From: an uncultured Bacteroidales bacterium
GTDB taxonomy: Bacteria > Bacteroidota > Bacteroidia > Bacteroidales > Bacteroidaceae
DNA: 64,000 bases
Direction of reading: 5' to 3'
Assembly (NCBI GenBank): GCA_902798685.1
Contig: CADBXO010000010.1
Span: 30,877 to 94,876 of the forward strand
Shown: piece by piece, positions 23,000 to 33,047 of the stretch
How the letters are laid out: every line of letters starts with the position of its first letter
How positions within the stretch are numbered: position 1 is the stretch's first letter
Position numbers and translations under genes: made by a program
The notes under the pieces: generated by a model
Databases searched by the model: none
The model's input: only the letters and a program-made list of their open reading frames with translations
Told to the model about the DNA's origin: nothing

Positions 23000-25435
23000 A
23001 TGAAACACTTCAAGTTACTGTTGTTTGCTACGTCATTGGCTGCACTCATAGGTTGCAACCAGGTTCCCCAGACAGATCCCGATCCAAGGGTATGGAACAA
23101 CCCGCCCACCGAGCGCTACTCGCACACCAAGCGCAATGGCGGCTGGGATTTCAACATCCGTAAGGTTGAGTTGCGTGATACCGAGACCACTGTCCACATG
23201 GAGATATGTGGCTACAGCGGCGAGCATTACACGTTCGCTAAGGAGACCAAGCTCAAGGCCGACGGCCAGTCATACAAGCTGATCTCAATTGACGGCATAA
23301 CCCCGGGTCAGTACAAGCCCATGAGCAAGGGCGGCCATGAAGATCTGGTCTTCCATTTTGAGCCGATGCCCGCTACCACCACATCATTTGACCTGCTGGA
23401 GAGCGAGATCAACCCCAGGGCTTTCAACGTATATGGTATCCACAGATATAATCCTGATTCAAAGAAACTTGCAGGCACTCACTGGCGTAATCTGCGCACT
23501 GGTGACTGGGTTATCAGTTTCATGGACAGCTGCGTGATTTACGACGCCAAGATCTGGAATTACATTACCGAGCTCAAGCCCGAGTCAAATGAGATCCAGA
23601 CCGTGATCATAGACCACGGCGGTGAGGTGGCCAGCATCATGATAAGCCCCCTCAAGCACGGCAAGCGCACGTTCCGCATCCAGGCCCCCGACGGCCCCAA
23701 GCAGTTCACCTGCGCCACGTTCGAGTCCAAGCACCTGCCCGAGTATCCCAAGGTTGAACGTCGCGCCTACAAGCTGGTGGATTACGGCTATGACAAGGTT
23801 GACACGGTGATCGTGAGCGGCTTTTTCATCGGCCCCGGTCGAAATAACATGAGTTATACGATTGATGTGATTGACCCCTTAACGGCCGATAACCCCAAAT
23901 TTGCGTTCAAGACCGATAAGGACGGCTACTTCTCTGTCAAGTTCCCGCTCGCAAATACCTCATTCGGCGTTGTAAGAGGCGGCCGATCCGGCGGTCCGTC
24001 TATGCCCGTGGAGCCCGGTCAGAGCTATTTTATCTATGACAACAGCGTCAGCGGACAGCAGTTCGTGATGGGTAAGAACTCAAGGGTTCAGAATGATTAC
24101 TTTACTTACTCACAGGATTTCCACGCCGACTATGAGAGGATGGAGGAGACTCAGTATAAGGACCCTGAGGACTACCTGCAGTACCTGATTGGCACGCGTG
24201 ACACGTTCCTGATGGGTCTGGAGCAGTTGCGCGTGGATCATCCGGGATTGACTGACGCCTTCATGGATCTGGCCAAGGCTTATGCATCAGTCGAACTTTA
24301 CAGGCAGGTTGGTCAGGCCCGATTCCAGAACACTGACCCCAATAACATGTACGCCATCCAGCCTTGCATGATGGAATTCCTGCAGAAGGACCTGAAGACC
24401 CACTCCATCAAGCCCTACTCGCTCTATTATGAGTTCAACTATTTCCTGCGCGACCTCAACGACCACCTGTCAAAAGCCACAGCGGCCAGCATGACCATAA
24501 GCCTGGGCCAGATCATCGACATGCTTGTTAAGGAGCGTGATGATTTATCGGCCGATGACAAAGCGGAATTGGAATGGTTCGGGCAGATAAACGATCATCT
24601 CTCAAAGCTGGTACAGGAGTTCATGAATGACAATGACAAGCTCACCGACACGCTCAGCAAGGTGATGGAACCCCATGCTGCACGTTATGAGAAGGCCAGC
24701 AACAAGCTTAAGGAGTTTAATTTGGACGATATCGCGAGCAGGATCTCCGATAATATTTTGGCCAACAGGATGTTTGACAACATACTTCTGGCACTTGATA
24801 CTCTGGGATTTGAGCAGTCTTTCAACGATTTCGTTCTCACTCAGTATATGGCTAACCGGATCAGTTCGTCGCGCAAATCGGCCCCGGCAATTCTGATGGC
24901 CCGATATGACAGCATCGTTACGGCCAAGGCCTGCCGCGATGCCATTCACCGCCTCAACGACAAGTATCTGGATCTGGAGAACGCTGATCTGGCGTCGCTG
25001 GGCAATGACGTCAGCCCCGAGGAGCTGGCCGGAATGTCAGACGGCGAGCAGATCCTGCGCAAGATCACGGAGCCTTATCGCGGTAAGATTGTCTACATCG
25101 ATGTATGGGGCTCATGGTGCCATCCGTGCCTGGAGAACCTGCAGCACGCCGGCGAGCTCAAGGAAGCGCTCAAGGACTACGATATTGTCTACCTCTATCT
25201 GGCCAGCGGCACCACTGACAGCGCATGGAAGGGCGTCATCAAGGAGTACAACCTGGCAGGTCCCAACTGCGTCCACTACAACCTCCCGGCAAATCAGCAG
25301 ACCCTTGTAGAGCAATACCTCAAGGTATCAGGCTACCCCACCTACCGCCTGCTCAACCGCAACGGCGCTCTCCTGGACGTATCCTGCCACCCCGGCAACC
25401 TGCCCGCCCTGATCGAGACCCTCAAGAAACTCTGA
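23000..25435 (+). CDS. Lipoprotein with C-terminal TlpA-like thioredoxin-fold domain
   Basis: Lipobox LAALIGC. The C-terminus has VYIDVWGSWCHPCLENL (CxxC) and GYPTYRLLN, typical of the TlpA/AhpC-TSA family. Confidence 0.75.
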   Translation: MKHFKLLLFATSLAALIGCNQVPQTDPDPRVWNNPPTERYSHTKRNGGWDFNIRKVELRDTETTVHMEICGYSGEHYTFAKETKLKADGQSYKLISIDGITPGQYKPMSKGGHEDLVFHFEPMPATTTSFDLLESEINPRAFNVYGIHRYNPDSKKLAGTHWRNLRTGDWVISFMDSCVIYDAKIWNYITELKPESNEIQTVIIDHGGEVASIMISPLKHGKRTFRIQAPDGPKQFTCATFESKHLPEYPKVERRAYKLVDYGYDKVDTVIVSGFFIGPGRNNMSYTIDVIDPLTADNPKFAFKTDKDGYFSVKFPLANTSFGVVRGGRSGGPSMPVEPGQSYFIYDNSVSGQQFVMGKNSRVQNDYFTYSQDFHADYERMEETQYKDPEDYLQYLIGTRDTFLMGLEQLRVDHPGLTDAFMDLAKAYASVELYRQVGQARFQNTDPNNMYAIQPCMMEFLQKDLKTHSIKPYSLYYEFNYFLRDLNDHLSKATAASMTISLGQIIDMLVKERDDLSADDKAELEWFGQINDHLSKLVQEFMNDNDKLTDTLSKVMEPHAARYEKASNKLKEFNLDDIASRISDNILANRMFDNILLALDTLGFEQSFNDFVLTQYMANRISSSRKSAPAILMARYDSIVTAKACRDAIHRLNDKYLDLENADLASLGNDVSPEELAGMSDGEQILRKITEPYRGKIVYIDVWGSWCHPCLENLQHAGELKEALKDYDIVYLYLASGTTDSAWKGVIKEYNLAGPNCVHYNLPANQQTLVEQYLKVSGYPTYRLLNRNGALLDVSCHPGNLPALIETLKKL

Positions 25436-25454
25436 CACCTTTTTGCTATCTAAA

Positions 25455-25811
25455 ATGGAAGATTTCATCCTCAGGGAGATAGATAAAATCGGAGAACTCC
25501 TTTTCTACCTAGCGCGCAAACTGGGAATCTACAAAGAGGATATCCCTACTTTCACTGTGGCCGATGTCAAATCAGAGTTCAAACACGCTGAACTTGACAT
25601 CGACCTGGATTCAATCGTGAATCAGAAGTATCCCATATCATATCTGGTTGAGGAGCAGAAAGTGACCCTCAAGGCGCTCGAGGCCCTGACCGATATAATC
25701 GTCCACACATCGGACATCGACCCGCAAAAGAAAAAGGAAATCCTTGACGACGCTGTCAGATATCTGGACAGCAAAGGTTACATCTCTTTCCGCCTCTATT
25801 CGCTGAGATAA
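25455..25811 (+). CDS. Hypothetical protein
   Basis: ORF with host-like codon usage. I prefer the ATG at 25455 over the TTG at 25443. Confidence 0.45.
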   Translation: MEDFILREIDKIGELLFYLARKLGIYKEDIPTFTVADVKSEFKHAELDIDLDSIVNQKYPISYLVEEQKVTLKALEALTDIIVHTSDIDPQKKKEILDDAVRYLDSKGYISFRLYSLR

Positions 25812-25820
25812 AAAAAGTTT

Positions 25821-25828
25821 TATCTTTG
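25821..25828 (+). promoter_or_regulatory. -7 box TATCTTTG
   Basis: Exact TAnnTTTG 17 nt upstream of the 25845 ATG. Confidence 0.45.
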
Positions 25829-25844
25829 CAGAAAAGGACTGGAT

Positions 25845-26681
25845 ATGAGGATTATCGATATTAAGGATTATGAGCTTTCGGGAGGCGGAAAGCTGGGCGA
25901 GAGTTATATCAACAAAAGCAATCCGGATGAACTGTTGAAGCTCTACTCAAAGGAGCTGGAGGAGCTGGGTCTGGGCGAGTATGAACGCGCCTGCAAGGTG
26001 CATGAGCTGGGCATTCCCTGCCCCACGCCGGGCGAGCAGGTCCGCACGCAGGACGGCCGTCTGGGCATACTTTTCAAGCGCGCCCTGGGCAAGAAATCAT
26101 ACGCCCGCGCCATATCCGAGCACCCCGAGAACCTGAATAGGTACGCCCAGGAGTTTGCCGACATGTGCAAGCAGCTCCATTCAACCGTCCCGCCCAAAGG
26201 CCTATTCCCCACAGTCAAGGACCAATACAAAAAGGAGATGGACCTGAACCCCTTCCTGACAGCGCAGGAGAAAGACGCCATCAAACGCTTCATAGACACC
26301 CTACCCGACGCCGACACCGCCGTTCACGGTGACCTGCATCACGGCAACGTAATCTTCACCCCCGAGGGCAAAAAATACTTCATAGACCTGAGCGACTTCT
26401 GCACGGGCTCACCCCTGTTCGACCTGGGCATAGTGATGCTGCAGACCTGTATGGCCCCCGAAGAGATGATAAAGGAACTCTACCACATGGACGGCCAGAC
26501 CTCAAGAGCGTTCTGGGCCGCGTTCGTAAAGGCCTATTTCGGGGCCGATGCCCAGCTGGACAAGATAAAGGAGATGCTTAAGCCCTACGCACTGCTCAGA
26601 ATCGTCGAAGTGGAGCGTCTTATGGGATATAAAGTGGATTATATCCGCCCCATGGTGCATCAGATGATTGGATTAAAATAA
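25845..26681 (+). CDS. Phosphotransferase-family (APH/choline-kinase-like) protein
   Basis: AVHGDLHHGNVIF (catalytic loop HxDxxxxN) and YFIDLSDF (DxxD-type Mg site). Confidence 0.7.
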   Translation: MRIIDIKDYELSGGGKLGESYINKSNPDELLKLYSKELEELGLGEYERACKVHELGIPCPTPGEQVRTQDGRLGILFKRALGKKSYARAISEHPENLNRYAQEFADMCKQLHSTVPPKGLFPTVKDQYKKEMDLNPFLTAQEKDAIKRFIDTLPDADTAVHGDLHHGNVIFTPEGKKYFIDLSDFCTGSPLFDLGIVMLQTCMAPEEMIKELYHMDGQTSRAFWAAFVKAYFGADAQLDKIKEMLKPYALLRIVEVERLMGYKVDYIRPMVHQMIGLK

Positions 26682-26687
26682 CAGCGT

Positions 26688-28640
26688 ATGAAACATATAA
26701 ATAAGGTTCTGATCTGCTTTTTACTGACGGTGCTTGCATCGGCCGTAAAGACACAGGCGCAGAATAATCCTTATGGGATTGACGATGAATGCTATGTGCT
26801 GTTCCAGAGGGTAGAGAGTCTGGCGGGGGGCGTATCCGACGAGGAGTTCAACCTTGTGAATGACTCGTTGCTGCAGACCGCTTTGGCCAAGAAAGACAAC
26901 AAGGCACAGGTGATATATTATGTGGAGTGGCTCAAGCACCTTAACCGCGGTCCGTTCAGTAATGAGGAACGGGTCCTCAAGGCTTTTGAGGAACTTAAGG
27001 CAATAGCTCTTTCATACGGCTACAGGCAGTATTTCTACTACGCTTACGAGCTGACCCAAAACTTTTATTTCAACAATGGAAGGCCCAATACCTCAATTGA
27101 GTTGCTGCAGGAGATGCAGGCATACGCCATTGAGCAGAATGATGCTTACGGTATGTGGTACAGCTCCCGATATATGGTTTCGCTGTATACAGCCATGAGC
27201 GATTACGTAACGGCCAAGAAATATATCCTGGAGGGCATCAGGGTCTATAATGAGACCGATGATCCTACGGTAAGACGTCAGTCACTAACCAATTCATACT
27301 GTGACCTGGCCAATACATTTCCTGTTTTGAGTGATTCCATGAGGATATATATAGACAAGGCTTTTGAAGTATCAATGAGCCACAATGATACTCTACGCTG
27401 TAACTATTATCTGGCTGTCATAGCAGCGTTGGATAAGGATGTCAGCAGGTATACTGAATTAAGGGACCGTTGTCTGGCCGATGGACAGTTGCGCCTGATT
27501 TCTGTAACAGCAAGGAATATGTTCCATCTCATTGATGAGATTATAGAGGGTACGATCAACAACAAGGATTTGGATAGTATTGAAGCCCTTTCCAAAATAC
27601 GTGAGATGAAGTTTGTTGTCAATATTGCCGAACTTTACGGATATGAAAACGCCGCTTTCCGCCTGGAGAAGCGCCTGATGGAACTGATGGAAAGCAATTT
27701 TGCCAAGTCCAACCAACTTAATATGGCTGAATTTGACGCAAAAATGGGTAACAAAGTGCTGACAGCCGATCTGGAAGAAAAATCACAGCAGCTGGCCCGC
27801 AGAACCCTTATCCTTACAATACTTGTGACGGCGGTGCTGCTGGGACTGCTGGCATTCTCATACAGTCAGGTGATTAACCTGAGACGCCGCAGGATCCGTG
27901 ACCAGAAGATGATCAATGAGCTGACCGCCGCCAACAAGAAGGCCGAGATTGCCAACGCCGCCAAGACCCGTTTTGTGCAGAACATGAGCCATGAGGTGCG
28001 TACTCCGCTGAACGCAATAGTAGGTTTCTCGCAGCTGCTCTCACTGCCCGATGATGCCCTCACCCCTGAGGAGAAGCAGGAGTTCTCAAACCACATAATG
28101 AACAACACCAAGATCCTGATCATGCTGCTTGAGGATATCCTGAACACCACCGATATGGATAAGGGTGAATACAAGATAACCTATGATGAGGGTGAGGTTC
28201 ACTTTATGTGCCGCGCGGCCATATCAAGCTCCGAGCACCGTCTGCACTCGGGCGTGGAGATGTTCTACGAGCCGGAGTCTGAGGAGCCGTTCACATTCCG
28301 TACTGATCCGCAGCGTGTCCAGCAGATTCTGATCAACCTGCTCACCAACGCCTGCAAGCATACCTCAAAGGGAAAGATCGTGCTGGCCAGCTCACTTACC
28401 GCCAAGCCCGGATTCGTGACATTCAGCGTTACCGATACCGGTCCCGGCGTGCCCGCAGACCAGGCTGAGGCCATCTTTGACCGCTTTACCAAACTCAACA
28501 GCTTTGTTCAGGGAACGGGTCTGGGTCTGAGCATCTGCCGTGAGATTGCCACGCTTATGGGCGCAAACGTCTATCTGGACACCACCTATACCGGTGGCGC
28601 CAGATTCGTGTTTGAAGTTCCCATAAAAAATGAGGAATAA
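26688..28640 (+). CDS. Sensor histidine kinase (periplasmic helical-repeat domain, 1 TM, HisKA, HATPase_c)
   Basis: H-box FVQNMSHEVRTPLNAIVGFSQLL, N-box LINLLTNACKHT, and G-boxes DTGPGVP / GTGLGLSICREI. Confidence 0.85.
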   Translation: MKHINKVLICFLLTVLASAVKTQAQNNPYGIDDECYVLFQRVESLAGGVSDEEFNLVNDSLLQTALAKKDNKAQVIYYVEWLKHLNRGPFSNEERVLKAFEELKAIALSYGYRQYFYYAYELTQNFYFNNGRPNTSIELLQEMQAYAIEQNDAYGMWYSSRYMVSLYTAMSDYVTAKKYILEGIRVYNETDDPTVRRQSLTNSYCDLANTFPVLSDSMRIYIDKAFEVSMSHNDTLRCNYYLAVIAALDKDVSRYTELRDRCLADGQLRLISVTARNMFHLIDEIIEGTINNKDLDSIEALSKIREMKFVVNIAELYGYENAAFRLEKRLMELMESNFAKSNQLNMAEFDAKMGNKVLTADLEEKSQQLARRTLILTILVTAVLLGLLAFSYSQVINLRRRRIRDQKMINELTAANKKAEIANAAKTRFVQNMSHEVRTPLNAIVGFSQLLSLPDDALTPEEKQEFSNHIMNNTKILIMLLEDILNTTDMDKGEYKITYDEGEVHFMCRAAISSSEHRLHSGVEMFYEPESEEPFTFRTDPQRVQQILINLLTNACKHTSKGKIVLASSLTAKPGFVTFSVTDTGPGVPADQAEAIFDRFTKLNSFVQGTGLGLSICREIATLMGANVYLDTTYTGGARFVFEVPIKNEE

Positions 28641-28682
28641 AAAAAATCGGCCCACACAGTGATAATATGTAGAAATGTTGTT

Positions 28683-28690
28683 TACCTTTG
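28683..28690 (+). promoter_or_regulatory. -7 box TACCTTTG for the aro leader
   Basis: Exact TAnnTTTG ending 8 nt before the leader-peptide ATG. Confidence 0.5.
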
Positions 28691-28698
28691 CGCCCAGA

Positions 28699-28749
28699 AT
28701 GAAAGCAATCAACGCATACTTCTATTACTTTTGGTTTACCAGACGATAG
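28699..28749 (+). CDS. Aromatic-rich leader peptide MKAINAYFYYFWFTRR (attenuation leader of the aro operon)
   Basis: 16 codons plus stop. Codons 7-13 are Y F Y Y F W F. It lies between the promoter and an intrinsic terminator, 100 nt upstream of aroF. Confidence 0.6.
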   Translation: MKAINAYFYYFWFTRR

Positions 28750-28792
28750 CCGGGTAATTTGTTGTGTGCATACTAACGAACAAGATAACAGA

Positions 28793-28824
28793 GAGCCCGG
28801 ATCAATGATTCGGGTTCTTTTTTT
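28793..28824 (+). terminator. Attenuator terminator
   Basis: GAGCCCGGAT-CAATG-ATTCGGGTTC (10 bp including G:U pairs) followed by TTTTTTT. CCGGG at 28750-54, right after the leader stop, can pair with CCCGG of the 5' arm. Confidence 0.65.
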
Positions 28825-28849
28825 GATGTAAAAACAAACACATAAAACT

Positions 28850-29860
28850 ATGATAGCAGTACTTAAAGCCGGAGTCTCAGAGACTCAAAAGAAAAACCTT
28901 ATCAACTGGATCAAAGGCCAGGGAGTAGACGTACATATCAGTGAAGGACAGTTCCAGACCGTTATCGGTCTCATAGGTGATACCAGCCGAATCGACCCCG
29001 ACCTGCTGAGCGGACTTGACATCATCGAGTCAGTTACCCGCATCAGCGAGCCGTTCAAATGCGCCAACCGCCGCTTCCACCCCGCCGACACAATCGTAGA
29101 GATAGGTGAAGGTGAGAACAAGGTAAAGATCGGTGGCGGCAACTTCGCCATGATTGCCGGTCCCTGCTCAGTTGAATCCGAGGAGCAGATTGTAGGCATA
29201 GCACAGGCCGTTAAGGCATCGGGCGCAACACTTCTGCGCGGCGGCGCCTTCAAACCCAGAACTTCACCCTACGACTTCCAGGGAATGGGGGCCGATGGCC
29301 TTGAACTGCTGCGTAAGGCCCGTAAGGCAACAGGTCTGCCCATAGTTACAGAGATTATGAGTGAAAAACACCTTGACCTGTTTGAGGATGTAGACCTTAT
29401 TCAGGTTGGCGCCCGCAACATGCAGAACTTTGAACTTCTCAAGACTCTGGGACGTACCCGCAAGCCCATCCTGCTCAAGCGCGGCCTCTCCAGCACCATC
29501 AAGGAGTGGCTCATGAGCGCCGAGTACATCATGGCCGGCGGTAATGAGAACATCATCCTGTGCGAGCGCGGCATACGCAGTTACGACACTTACACACGTA
29601 ACGTACTGGACCTGAGTGCAATCCCCGTAGTAAAGGAACTCTCACACCTGCCCATCATCGTTGACCCCAGCCACGCAACCGGCAAGTCACGTCTGGTTCC
29701 TTCAATGAGTCTGGCTGCAGTTGCAGCAGGCGCCGACGGTCTTATCATCGAGGTTCACAACGATCCCACCCACGCTCTCTGCGACGGTGCACAATCTCTC
29801 ACACCTGCGCAGTTTGACGAGGTTGCAAAGAAAGTAAACGCCTTAAAACAAATAATCTAA
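28850..29860 (+). CDS. aroF: 3-deoxy-7-phosphoheptulonate (DAHP) synthase, type I-beta with N-terminal regulatory domain
   Basis: [12 protein letters not shown]...[18 protein letters not shown]...VDPSH blocks of the KDO8P/DAHP-Ibeta family, plus a ~70-aa ferredoxin-like N-terminal domain. Confidence 0.85.
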   Translation: MIAVLKAGVSETQKKNLINWIKGQGVDVHISEGQFQTVIGLIGDTSRIDPDLLSGLDIIESVTRISEPFKCANRRFHPADTIVEIGEGENKVKIGGGNFAMIAGPCSVESEEQIVGIAQAVKASGATLLRGGAFKPRTSPYDFQGMGADGLELLRKARKATGLPIVTEIMSEKHLDLFEDVDLIQVGARNMQNFELLKTLGRTRKPILLKRGLSSTIKEWLMSAEYIMAGGNENIILCERGIRSYDTYTRNVLDLSAIPVVKELSHLPIIVDPSHATGKSRLVPSMSLAAVAAGADGLIIEVHNDPTHALCDGAQSLTPAQFDEVAKKVNALKQII

Positions 29861-29889
29861 GTACTTTTGTAAATCAACTTAAGAGCAAG

Positions 29890-30723
29890 ATGATTGTAGC
29901 AGTTGTAGGATTGGGTCTTATAGGCGGTTCGCTGGCCAAGGCATACAAGGAGGCCGGCTGGACGGTTTACGGCTATGACCTGAACGAGTCGGTGAGCTGT
30001 TTTGCACAGTTGGAAGGCACTCTGGATGCAGTGCTGGACAGCAAAAATATCAAGAAGTGTGACCTTATACATATTGCAGTTACTCCTGATGCCGCATGCG
30101 GCTGGATCAACGAGCACGCTCCCGAGATTGCCAAGAGCACAATCGTGATTGATGACTGCGGAACCAAGCGTAAGGTGGTTGAGTGCGGAATGAAAGCCGC
30201 CGCAAAGTACGGATTCACCTATGCAGGCGGTCACCCCATGGCCGGAACACATCTTTCCGGTTACAAGAACTCACGCGGATCTATGTTCCAGAACGCATCC
30301 ATGATCATCATCCCGCCCACTCATGATGACATCCAGCTGCTGGACAGGATCAAGCATCTTCTGGAGCCCATGCAACTCAAGCGCGTGGTATTCACCACCC
30401 CCGAGCAGCACGACAGCATGATTGCATTCACATCACAGCTGGCTCACGTGGTGTCCAACGCATACATTAAGAGCCCATCGGCCCAACAGCATAAGGGTTA
30501 CAGCGCGGGCAGTTTCCGCGACCTTACCCGTGTGGCCTGGCTGAACGAGAATATGTGGACAGAGCTGTTCCTTGAGAACAAGGACAACCTGTTACGCGAG
30601 ATACATACCTTGATTGACAACCTCACGCAGTACGCCGATGCCATGGAGGCCGATGACGCCCAGACATTGTGCGCTCTGTTGCGTGACGGACGTATTGCAA
30701 AGGAACTTTCAGAAAAGAACTGA
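29890..30723 (+). CDS. tyrA: Prephenate dehydrogenase
   Basis: VAVVGLGLIGGSLAKA Rossmann motif, GGHPMAG and TPEQHD blocks. Confidence 0.85.
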   Translation: MIVAVVGLGLIGGSLAKAYKEAGWTVYGYDLNESVSCFAQLEGTLDAVLDSKNIKKCDLIHIAVTPDAACGWINEHAPEIAKSTIVIDDCGTKRKVVECGMKAAAKYGFTYAGGHPMAGTHLSGYKNSRGSMFQNASMIIIPPTHDDIQLLDRIKHLLEPMQLKRVVFTTPEQHDSMIAFTSQLAHVVSNAYIKSPSAQQHKGYSAGSFRDLTRVAWLNENMWTELFLENKDNLLREIHTLIDNLTQYADAMEADDAQTLCALLRDGRIAKELSEKN

Positions 30724-30724
30724 T

Positions 30725-31777
30725 ATGGAAACAGCCAAAATCACCGTCCGTGCATCAGGCACATATGACATCCTCATCAGCAAGGGTGGTCTGAGCGGCA
30801 TAGGCAAGGCTGCGGCAGAGCGTTTCAAGCCCTGCACCGTAGCCATCCTGAGCGACGACAAGGTGTTCCCGCTCTACGGCAAGACCGTGATGGATTCACT
30901 TGAGGCAGCCGGTTTCAAGACCGTAGCCCACGTGATTCCCAACGGTGAGCAGAGCAAGACCCTTGATAACGTGACCGCATTCATTGACTGCATGGTCAAG
31001 GCGCAGGTTACACGCACCGATATGGTGCTGGCGCTGGGCGGCGGCGTGGTTGGCGATATGGCCGGATTCGCAGCGGCAATCTACCTGCGCGGCATTCCAT
31101 ACATTCAGGTGCCCACTACCCTTCTGGCTGCCGTTGATTCATCGGTCGGCGGCAAGACTGCGGTTGACATAAGCGCCGGCAAGAACCTGGTTGGCGCATT
31201 CCACCAGCCCGCTCTGGTCTATCTGGACACCGAGAATCTGAAAACCCTTGACCCTTCTGTATTGCGTGACGGCTTTGCCGAGGTTATCAAATACGGTATC
31301 ATACTGGACAGCAAGCTGTTCGACACCGTTGCAAAGCCCGACAGCTTTGACCTTAAGGAGGTGATTGCACGCTGCATTGAGATTAAGCGTGATGTCGTGG
31401 AGCAGGATGAGTTTGACAAGGGCCTGCGCGGTCTGCTCAACTTTGGCCACACATTCGGTCACGCAATCGAGAAGCTGAGCGGCTTTACCATCACCCACGG
31501 AAGCGCCGTCGCCCGCGGCATGATCATCGCCGCAAAGGTGGCCCGCGTTTACGGCTTCACAGATTACACAGACATCATCACCAAAATAGTAAAGGATTAC
31601 GGTTTCCAGACCGACTGTCCTTTCAAGGCCGATGAGCTCTACAGCGTGATCCTATCGGACAAGAAGCGCAGCGGAGCTGACATTACACTCGTGCTGCCAA
31701 AGGAGATTGGCGCATGCACTCTTGAGAAAATGCCTGCCAGTCAGGTGCTTGAACTGATGAAAAAGGCCGGATTATGA
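30725..31777 (+). CDS. aroB: 3-dehydroquinate synthase
   Basis: LGGGVVGDMAGFAAAIYLRGIPYIQVPTTLLAAVDSSVGGKTAVD and NFGHTFGHAIE. The ATG at 30725 directly follows the tyrA stop. The longer track ORF (30614) overlaps tyrA. Confidence 0.9.
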   Translation: METAKITVRASGTYDILISKGGLSGIGKAAAERFKPCTVAILSDDKVFPLYGKTVMDSLEAAGFKTVAHVIPNGEQSKTLDNVTAFIDCMVKAQVTRTDMVLALGGGVVGDMAGFAAAIYLRGIPYIQVPTTLLAAVDSSVGGKTAVDISAGKNLVGAFHQPALVYLDTENLKTLDPSVLRDGFAEVIKYGIILDSKLFDTVAKPDSFDLKEVIARCIEIKRDVVEQDEFDKGLRGLLNFGHTFGHAIEKLSGFTITHGSAVARGMIIAAKVARVYGFTDYTDIITKIVKDYGFQTDCPFKADELYSVILSDKKRSGADITLVLPKEIGACTLEKMPASQVLELMKKAGL

Positions 31778-33039
31778 TTCTAGAGGTATCAGGAGCAGTT
31801 TCAGGAAACGTACAGGTGCCGCCTTCAAAGTCGGTAGCCCACCGCATGCTCATATGCGCAGCGCTCGCTGACGCTCCCTGCACAATAGTCTGCCAGAGCG
31901 TGAACCGCGACATGGAGGCAACCGCCGCCTGCCTGAACGCCCTTGGCGCAGAGATCACCTACGCTGACGGAAAGTTCAGCGTCCAGCCTATCAAACAAGT
32001 CAACAAAGGTGCAACGCTTGACTGCGGCGAGAGCGGCTCAACCCTGAGGTTCCTGCTCCCCGTTGCCGCCGCACTCGGGGCCGATGCCACATTCATCGGC
32101 CAGGGCCGTCTGCCCGAGCGTCCGCTCTCTCCTCTCTACGAGGAGATGACCGCTCACGGCGTAAAGATGTCACCTAACGGCCACATGCCCCTTAAGTGTG
32201 AGGGTAACCTGCCCGCCGGTCTCTACACCATTGACGGCGGCGTATCATCACAGTTCATATCAGGACTTCTCATGGCCCTGCCCCTTACCGGAATCCAGAG
32301 CAAGATAGTGATTACCGGCAAGCAGGAGAGCGCATCATACATAGGACTTACTCTGAACGCGCTTAAGCAGTTCGGAATTGAGATACAGACAGCCACAGAC
32401 GGATATATCATTCCCGGCGGACAGGAGTTCACCACCCCCGCCGATCAGGTTGTCGTCGAGGGTGACTGGTCAGCCGCCGCATTCTGGATAACCGCAGGCG
32501 TAGCAGGCAGCAAACCCGTTACCTGCACCGGTCTGGACTACGAGCGTTCGGCCCAGGGTGACCGCCGCATAGTAGACGTGCTCCGCAAGATGGGTGCCGA
32601 TATCGCCACCGCAGGCAATACGGTAACCGCACGTCCGTCAAACCTGACCGCTGCTCAGATTGACTGTGCCGATATCCCTGACCTGGTTCCTATTCTGGCT
32701 GTTGCGGCGTCATCGGCCCAGGGAACTACAATCTTTGACAACATACGCCGTCTGCGCATTAAGGAAAGTGACCGTGTGCAGTCCATACTGCAGCTTCTGG
32801 GTATGGCCGGCATATATGCGTTTGCATCGGACAACACCTTAACGGTGACCGGTGGTCCTGCAAGAAATGCCAGTTACGACCCGTCGGGTGACCACCGTAT
32901 GGCTATGGCTGCGGCTGTGTTGGCATCGGTGGGAAACGTAAAGATTACCATTAGCGATGCGGAGTGCACCGCAAAATCATACCCCGCCTTCTTTGATGAT
33001 TTCAACGCACTGGGAGGCATAGTTCTGAAACAACAATAA
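31774..33039 (+). CDS. aroA: 3-phosphoshikimate 1-carboxyvinyltransferase (EPSP synthase)
   Basis: PPSKSVAHR, CGESGSTLRFLLP, KESDR and DHRMAMA blocks. 4-nt overlap with aroB. Confidence 0.9.
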   Translation: MILEVSGAVSGNVQVPPSKSVAHRMLICAALADAPCTIVCQSVNRDMEATAACLNALGAEITYADGKFSVQPIKQVNKGATLDCGESGSTLRFLLPVAAALGADATFIGQGRLPERPLSPLYEEMTAHGVKMSPNGHMPLKCEGNLPAGLYTIDGGVSSQFISGLLMALPLTGIQSKIVITGKQESASYIGLTLNALKQFGIEIQTATDGYIIPGGQEFTTPADQVVVEGDWSAAAFWITAGVAGSKPVTCTGLDYERSAQGDRRIVDVLRKMGADIATAGNTVTARPSNLTAAQIDCADIPDLVPILAVAASSAQGTTIFDNIRRLRIKESDRVQSILQLLGMAGIYAFASDNTLTVTGGPARNASYDPSGDHRMAMAAAVLASVGNVKITISDAECTAKSYPAFFDDFNALGGIVLKQQ

Positions 33040-33047
33040 ATACCATA

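Noticed and set aside
18600-23000. Integron-like gene-cassette array (small same-strand unrelated genes separated by repeated elements)
   Set aside because: There is no integrase, no attI/attC-like imperfect inverted repeats of the expected size, and each gene has its own promoter. I kept only the narrower observation of a 20-nt direct repeat flanking the GNAT gene.
30614-30724. Longer aroB ORF start overlapping tyrA
   Set aside because: The extension is out of frame within tyrA and is Pro/Arg/Cys-rich. The dehydroquinate synthase homology begins at METAKITV (30725).
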